In this document: piece by piece, positions 58,405 to 64,000 of the stretch
Position numbering within the stretch: position 1 is the first letter of the stretch
Layout of the letters: each line of letters opens with the position of its first letter
NCBI GenBank assembly: GCA_000165425.1
Contig: CT868671.1
Coordinates: 377,027 to 441,026 of the forward strand
Origin: Paramecium tetraurelia
Lineage: Eukaryota
Reading direction: 5' to 3'
DNA length: 64,000 bases
Position numbers and translations under genes: made by a program
Notes under the pieces: generated by a model
What the model was told of the DNA's origin: nothing
The model's input: the letters and a program-made list of their open reading frames with translations, nothing else
Database searches by the model: none

Positions 58405-59213
58405 ATGCAAGATCGAGATGACTTCTAAGGATCCGAATCGGACATCGGAAGAAAATAGGAGGAGGTTTTGTTTAAGAGTATACGCATTTTCATAGCATTG
58501 TCGATTTATATAATTTTGCAATTAATAGCAGTTCGAATCGAATATTAAATCAATTGGATTATTATTGGACTTATATTTTTCCTATGCGATTCAGTCATTT
58601 GGATCTTAAGCAGCAAATGGCTATGTATTTAATAAATATTTTACTAGATTAATAGTAATATCCAAGAATTGCCAAAGTGTTTTTAGCAATAGCTTAAAAT
58701 TCTACTCTGGGATTATTGCCTATTTTTATAATACTCCTTTGTTTGTAACTCGATGGAATCATAAATCAGAATCCCATACTCATTATTTTGCCCTTGTTTG
58801 TTTGGAAAATTTTATTATTATCATTCCTAATCTTTATCATACCTGGATTGTGTGATGATAATTATGGATCTAAAAAATGGGTAGCTGTCATAATAATTTA
58901 CTATGTTTCCATTATTTATACTGAAATCGCAGCATTAATTTAGTTACAATAGCATTTTGATTGGTTTTGGGTTGTTTCATTATTGTTGTTTGCCATATTC
59001 TACAATATTGTCACACTCATTACAGACTGTGCTACTTCTATAATATGGCCGTGCACAATTTTAGTATGTTTCATTTATTGTTTGACACAATTAACAATTA
59101 TTTTAAATCAGATAAACAATGACTAATAACCATCAAAATCTATCTAATATTTAACTGTAATGCCGATTCTAATAATTAGTCTAATTAATTTAATCAAATA
59201 AATAATTGTGTGA
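58405..59213 (+). CDS. Multi-pass membrane protein, TMEM185/TMEM203-like
   Basis: About seven hydrophobic segments; ILLCLQLDGIINQNPILIILPLFVW and DWFWVV resemble the repeated L.LD...W..VF.PLW unit of the family. One intron. Confidence 0.65.
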
Positions 59214-59639
59214 ATTAATAATATCAAATTATATTATAATATCAAATCTTATCCAAATGCTGAATACTAATTATTTGATTCAACCATTCTATATTCTCCT
59301 TACCATTCTATCATATTATTTTCCAACTTATCTCTTATTTTTTTCTCTTATATACGACATTTGAGTTGATTTGAACTAAAATCTCTGGTCTATTTGAGTA
59401 CAACATAAAATCAATCAATTTAATCGAATAAATTTCGAAGTCAATACACAATCAAATTTTATAAAATAAATTATTTTGTTTTCATTCTTGTGAACAACTT
59501 CATACTTAACCTGGATTTCTTTACAAATAAACAGTATTTTAGATAATAAATTGATGATTAGCCTGATTTCAATAATATTTAATGCATAATAATAAATATT
59601 TTCTGATAGATGTTATATTTTTGTAAATATAAAACGAAT

Positions 59640-61033
59640 TCAAACTTAAAATTTAGGTTTACAATTTAAATATTTTGGAACATCAGCGAATTTAGATGGA
59701 ACATTATAAGCTCCAGGACCTGGACTGTTATTAATATTATAAATGGGTTTTCTGCTATTCGATTTACCAAATCCCCAACATGGTCCAATTAAAATACTTT
59801 TAGAATCATAGTTTCCAGGTCCTGGCAAGGTTTCAGTAGAGAGCGTTTTAACTTATTTTGATTCTTTAACAAACTTAACAGAGCCATCATAAAAGTAACA
59901 TAATGTATCTTTAGGATTATAAGTTCCTAATGTAAATTTAAGTATAAACCTGGTCCCGGTATTTTTTATGATTGCATTTGAGCTTTTGCTCCTTTGATTG
60001 TAATATTGCCTAATTTTTAAGGCGGGCTGTCATAAGCTCCCGGTCCTGGCACAAACTAAGATTCATTGTCAGTCATAGAAATTCTATTTGCTTTTCCTAA
60101 ACTGTAACAAGGTTGCCTTTTCTTACTTCTGGCATCGTAATTTCTAAGTAGGAATAAGTATTTAGCTTACTCAGAGTAATATCTTCCAGGTCCAGGGCCC
60201 TGGGAAACCTTTTTTTAAGTAATCCTAGATTCTTTGCCTATTTTGAAGACAGGTTATGTAGATTTAATAAAAGAAACATCAGGAGAGTATTTTCCTGGTC
60301 CAGGTATTGATCTATCACATTCTTAAGTCTTTAATTTTGGCTTCAATGTAAAACTATGTTGTGTTAACGTACTTTTTAATTCGTACATTCCAGGACCAGG
60401 GGAACTTATGTCCAATGATTAATGCATTTTAAAATTGTTTTTCGATCCAAATCCCCATGAGGGTTATGATTTATGCAGTGAAAATTTATTAAGGTCTGCT
60501 ATATCGTATTCTAAAATAATTATGAGAGCATACATCCTGGCCCAGGTGAACTAGCTCCATCATCCATGGTCTTTATTCTTTTTTCAATAGGAAATTTACT
60601 AGAATTCGTTGTAAGACGGGTCTAACTCAAATCATACGTTCCAGGGCCTGGTCCAAAATTTTTGATTCTTTTATCAATTTTTACACCAATGCTATATGAT
60701 GGGATTCTTTTTTGAATGGTAAAGAATGAATCTTCTTTGTAATTGCCTGGCCCAGGAGATTAAGATATAACTTTTTGTTTCAGTCTACCCTTAAAAGTAC
60801 AACAGGGTGTCCCATTCATTAAAGATTTTTAAGGATATTATCCTGGCCCAGGAGTGCATGATTTTATTCTTATTTCCCTCCTAACTTTGCCTCCTATTCT
60901 AAAAATATAAAATCTTATACGTCCATTGGGGAGAAGTAGAATGATTTTTTAAGGAGTATGCATTTGGAGCTGGAACTAAATTTTTAATGGGGTTATCTCT
61001 TTTCCCAGTTCCTATTGAATAAGCAGATACCAT
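59640..61033 (-). CDS. STPG/SHIPPO (PGPGxY) repeat protein, ODF3/CIMAP-like ciliary microtubule protein
   Basis: About 12 repeats of P(G/A)P(G/N)xY separated by [FWY]x[IF]G motifs; several tiny introns; ends PSKFADVPKY..*. Confidence 0.9.
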
Positions 61034-61731
61034 AAAAAAACAAGAGATTAAATTTTATTGTTTACGTTTAAATAGGAAATATATTTATATTCATTGACAT
61101 GATAATTTATTTTTATATTTGTTCCATGCCCTAACATTAATATAAATCTTAAGGCTTAAAATTCGTTTCTTTGAAGTGCCTTATTATTAAAAGAACTGAA
61201 TAAAAATTTGAACTAAAAATAATTTAGCAAGATTATAAAATACTTACACATACTTTAAAACCCAACTTTATCTTGTACAATGAGAAAAAAAACCAAAGTT
61301 ATGGAACCATCAAAAAGAATTGATCAAATATTCTTATAATGAAAAAGAAAAATGTTTACCTTTGCAAGAAGTAGTTGAGATACAAAATAATATTTATTTA
61401 AATTCTTATATTAGTACTTATTTGTACTCTCTTTAGACACGAAGAGTTTAGAAACAAGTAATTAATATCAATTGATATCAAAGGTATTCTAGAAGAATCA
61501 CATGAATATTGAATGACAGAAATTGAGTGGTATGAATAGATACGTAATTTAATTTAATGAATTACCTATTGGATATTAGGAAATTCTTCAATTATTATTT
61601 ATATATTTGAATTATCAGAAATCTCTTTTATTTGATAAAACACAGTTTATTAAATTGAGAATGTATTATTACTCAAATTACCAGATTAATTGACAATATA
61701 AAAGTAAATAAATATTATATATAAAATTGTA

Positions 61732-63406
61732 ATGGGTGGTTGTGGATCGAGAGAAAAAGAGTTGAGAGAGAAGGTTGGATTTTCTTAAAGTGATTATGAT
61801 TATGCACTAAAAAAATTTAGTAAGATGACAAAACAAAAACCAGGGTATTTATAATTTTTATAACAGGAAAACAGACGAACATTTTAGTTTTGAAGGGTTC
61901 AAGCAATATTTCACAGAGAATCCAGTGTTAGCATAAAAGCTGTACATTTTCATGAGAAACTATGGGGGCTAAAGTTATGTAGATAGCCTTACTTTTCTCA
62001 CAGTTGGTATTTAAAAAATAGGACTTTTAGTTGATTTATTTACAAGGGTTTCAATGAAGTTATAGAGCTAACTCAAGAACTTAGATATATATGCACTATT
62101 CACCTTGGTATCTTTGTCATGTCCTGACATTATGCAAAGAGATACATTCAATTTAAATAATGTATACAAAATAAGTGTGAGTTATTCAAATGCAGTTAAA
62201 CTATTTAAAGTATACAAAATTATTGATTATTAGGAACTCATCAACATGCAGAGTGATAAGGGAGATATTTTGTGTCATGATGATGATCAAGCACCAATTT
62301 TAATAATAAATAGCATATTTGAAAGTAAGTGAATTTAATATCAATTTGATCAGATCATTCCATATTGAATTATAAAGCATTTAATGATAAAATTAAATCA
62401 GAAACTCCTCTTATTTCTAAGATCGTTAAAAATTATATCGCAGGAAAATTTATTAACAAAGCTTTGAGGAATTAATTACCAAAATTGAATCCTAGTGAAC
62501 TTATGAATAAATAACTAATAGGTATTAAATAATAATTAAATAAACCAAGCATTACTTAATTTGAGTGTACCTTGGTTTTAGAAATGCATAGCACTTAATC
62601 AGATGTATAAATATGAATTGGATTCTGGACAGCAATATAATTTTAATGTCTTAGGAAATTGTTTACTTTAAGCTAAAGGGCCAAATATGATTTTGTTTAG
62701 ACATTCCCAAAAAGATAAAGATGGAGATAAATAAGAGAAATACGTATTTGGTTATTTCTCACCTTCGTAATGGAGAGTTTCTCCTGATATATCTGGAAAT
62801 AAGGGATCATTCATATTCTCCATCCATCCCAAATTCAAAATCTTCTCAACTAATGGTCAATAATAAAGTAAATTTGCTTTGCTCGTTCCAATAATTACTA
62901 AGAGACAAAGCCAAACTCTCCATTCCCCACTTAGATAAGGGCCAAAATAGCCTGGACTAGGTATAGGAGGTAGTGGGTATGATCATCACAGAATTTGGAT
63001 AGATGGTAAATAACTCTAAGCAAGTAGACTTGTGGAAGAAGACAAGACATTTTAAAGTGGTTAGATATTACCTGAAGACATACATTTACTTAATGTAAGT
63101 ATTTTAATTTATTCTTGTTAGATTGATTTGATAGAAATTTGGGATCTCTAATTAAGTACTGTAGGATAAGGCACTTCTTATTTTAAATCAGCATCCCCAT
63201 AAATACATTTTAGTGAGGATGAGAAGAGGGTTAACTAAACTTAATTGAGGGATTTAATTATTAATTTGAATCAACAATAAGGGAGAAATGATTATGTATT
63301 AAATGCATTTAATAGCTTTTAGAGAAGAGATACAAAGGAATTTTAGACTAGCAATCCTTTACTTCCCATAAATGAAGAAGAAGAAGAAAAATAATAAGCA
63401 AAGTGA
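61732..63406 (+). CDS. N-myristoylated TLDc domain protein
   Basis: Starts MGGCGS. TLDc: AKGPNMILFR..YVFGYFSPSQW..GNKGSFIFSIHPKFKIF..GLGIGG..RIWIDG..IDLIEIW. Many tiny introns. Confidence 0.85.
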
Positions 63407-63438
63407 TATTTTTATCTTATATAATTAAAATATAATTT

Positions 63439-64000
63439 ATGGAATCACCAGTTTTATCAAAGCAATTAGAATTGTCAGAATTGAGATAGATAATCAAAAA
63501 TAGATTCTCCTTTGATAGAAGGAAAGTAATATTCTTTACTTTAAATTCTTGTTTATTGGGATTGGCTGTTTTTAGTTTATTTTCTGCCATCACTCTTGAA
63601 AGCAATTCATAAATCTTTAGAATTAGAACTTATCTGACAGATCAAAATTTATCTAACAGAGAATAGGCTAGAAAATTGGAGACTATATTGATTTCCATAA
63701 AATATAGCTTAATTATGCACAATTGTAGCTTCGATTATTGGGTATTATGGAATATATCAAAAATCTTAAAAAGTAATTGCTAAGTGAATATATTTAGATC
63801 TTACATCTATTCCCCATCAGCTTAGGAATCAGTTTGGCCTTCAGAACAATTGCTACTATAGTCATCATCTCTTACTTTAATACAATTAAATCAGTATCAA
63901 ATTATTGAAAATATAGGTCTTTGAAGAAGAAGTAGGTACTTTTATTACTTTACAAATTTTATTTTTGGCTTTCAATTGGTTGTTTTGTGTTTTCGCTTAT
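63439..64000 (+). CDS. Membrane protein, tetraspanin-like N-terminus (3'-truncated by the window edge)
   Basis: VIFFTLNSCLLGLAVFSLFSA; ISIKYSLIMH-adjacent hydrophobic segment IVASIIGYYGIYQKS; further hydrophobic helices run to the window end. Confidence 0.55.

Noticed and set aside
59640..61033. Regularly spaced CC(A/T)GG.CC.GG repeats as a CRISPR-like or DNA repeat array
   Set aside because: Variation falls at third codon positions; they are PGPG codons of an STPG-repeat protein.

Overview
AT-rich, very gene-dense eukaryotic DNA that reads as a ciliate macronuclear chromosome segment, most likely Paramecium (inference). TAA and TAG encode Gln inside universally conserved motifs, TGA is the only stop, and introns are tiny (about 20-33 nt, GT..AG). 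The supplied standard-code ORF track is therefore fragmented, and many of its ORFs are antisense artefacts. Re-translated by eye with the ciliate code, the window holds about 37 genes. These include spliceosome-related genes (SF3B3, LSM4, SF3B6/p14, pinin-like, PRP22/DHX8), four protein kinases (CAMK-like, two NEK, NDR), a 13-kb DNAH1-like axonemal dynein heavy chain, three RING proteins (FHA-RINGv-FHA, RING-YEATS, RING-H2), EF-hand proteins, an SLC26/SulP transporter, an alpha-amylase, and STPG-repeat, TLDc and several hypothetical proteins. The most notable observations are: (1) two tandem SIN1/Avo1-like paralogs whose stop and start codons overlap as ATGA; (2) a RING-YEATS fusion; (3) a local concentration of splicing genes; (4) apparent +1 frame breaks in PRP22 and the dynein; (5) a decayed S49-peptidase-like pseudogene; (6) an 8-nt intergenic gap and a stopless 3n intron at SF3B6. 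I found no rRNA, tRNA, telomeric repeat, transposon or CRISPR array. Gene boundaries were read manually and may be off where alternative tiny introns or start codons exist.
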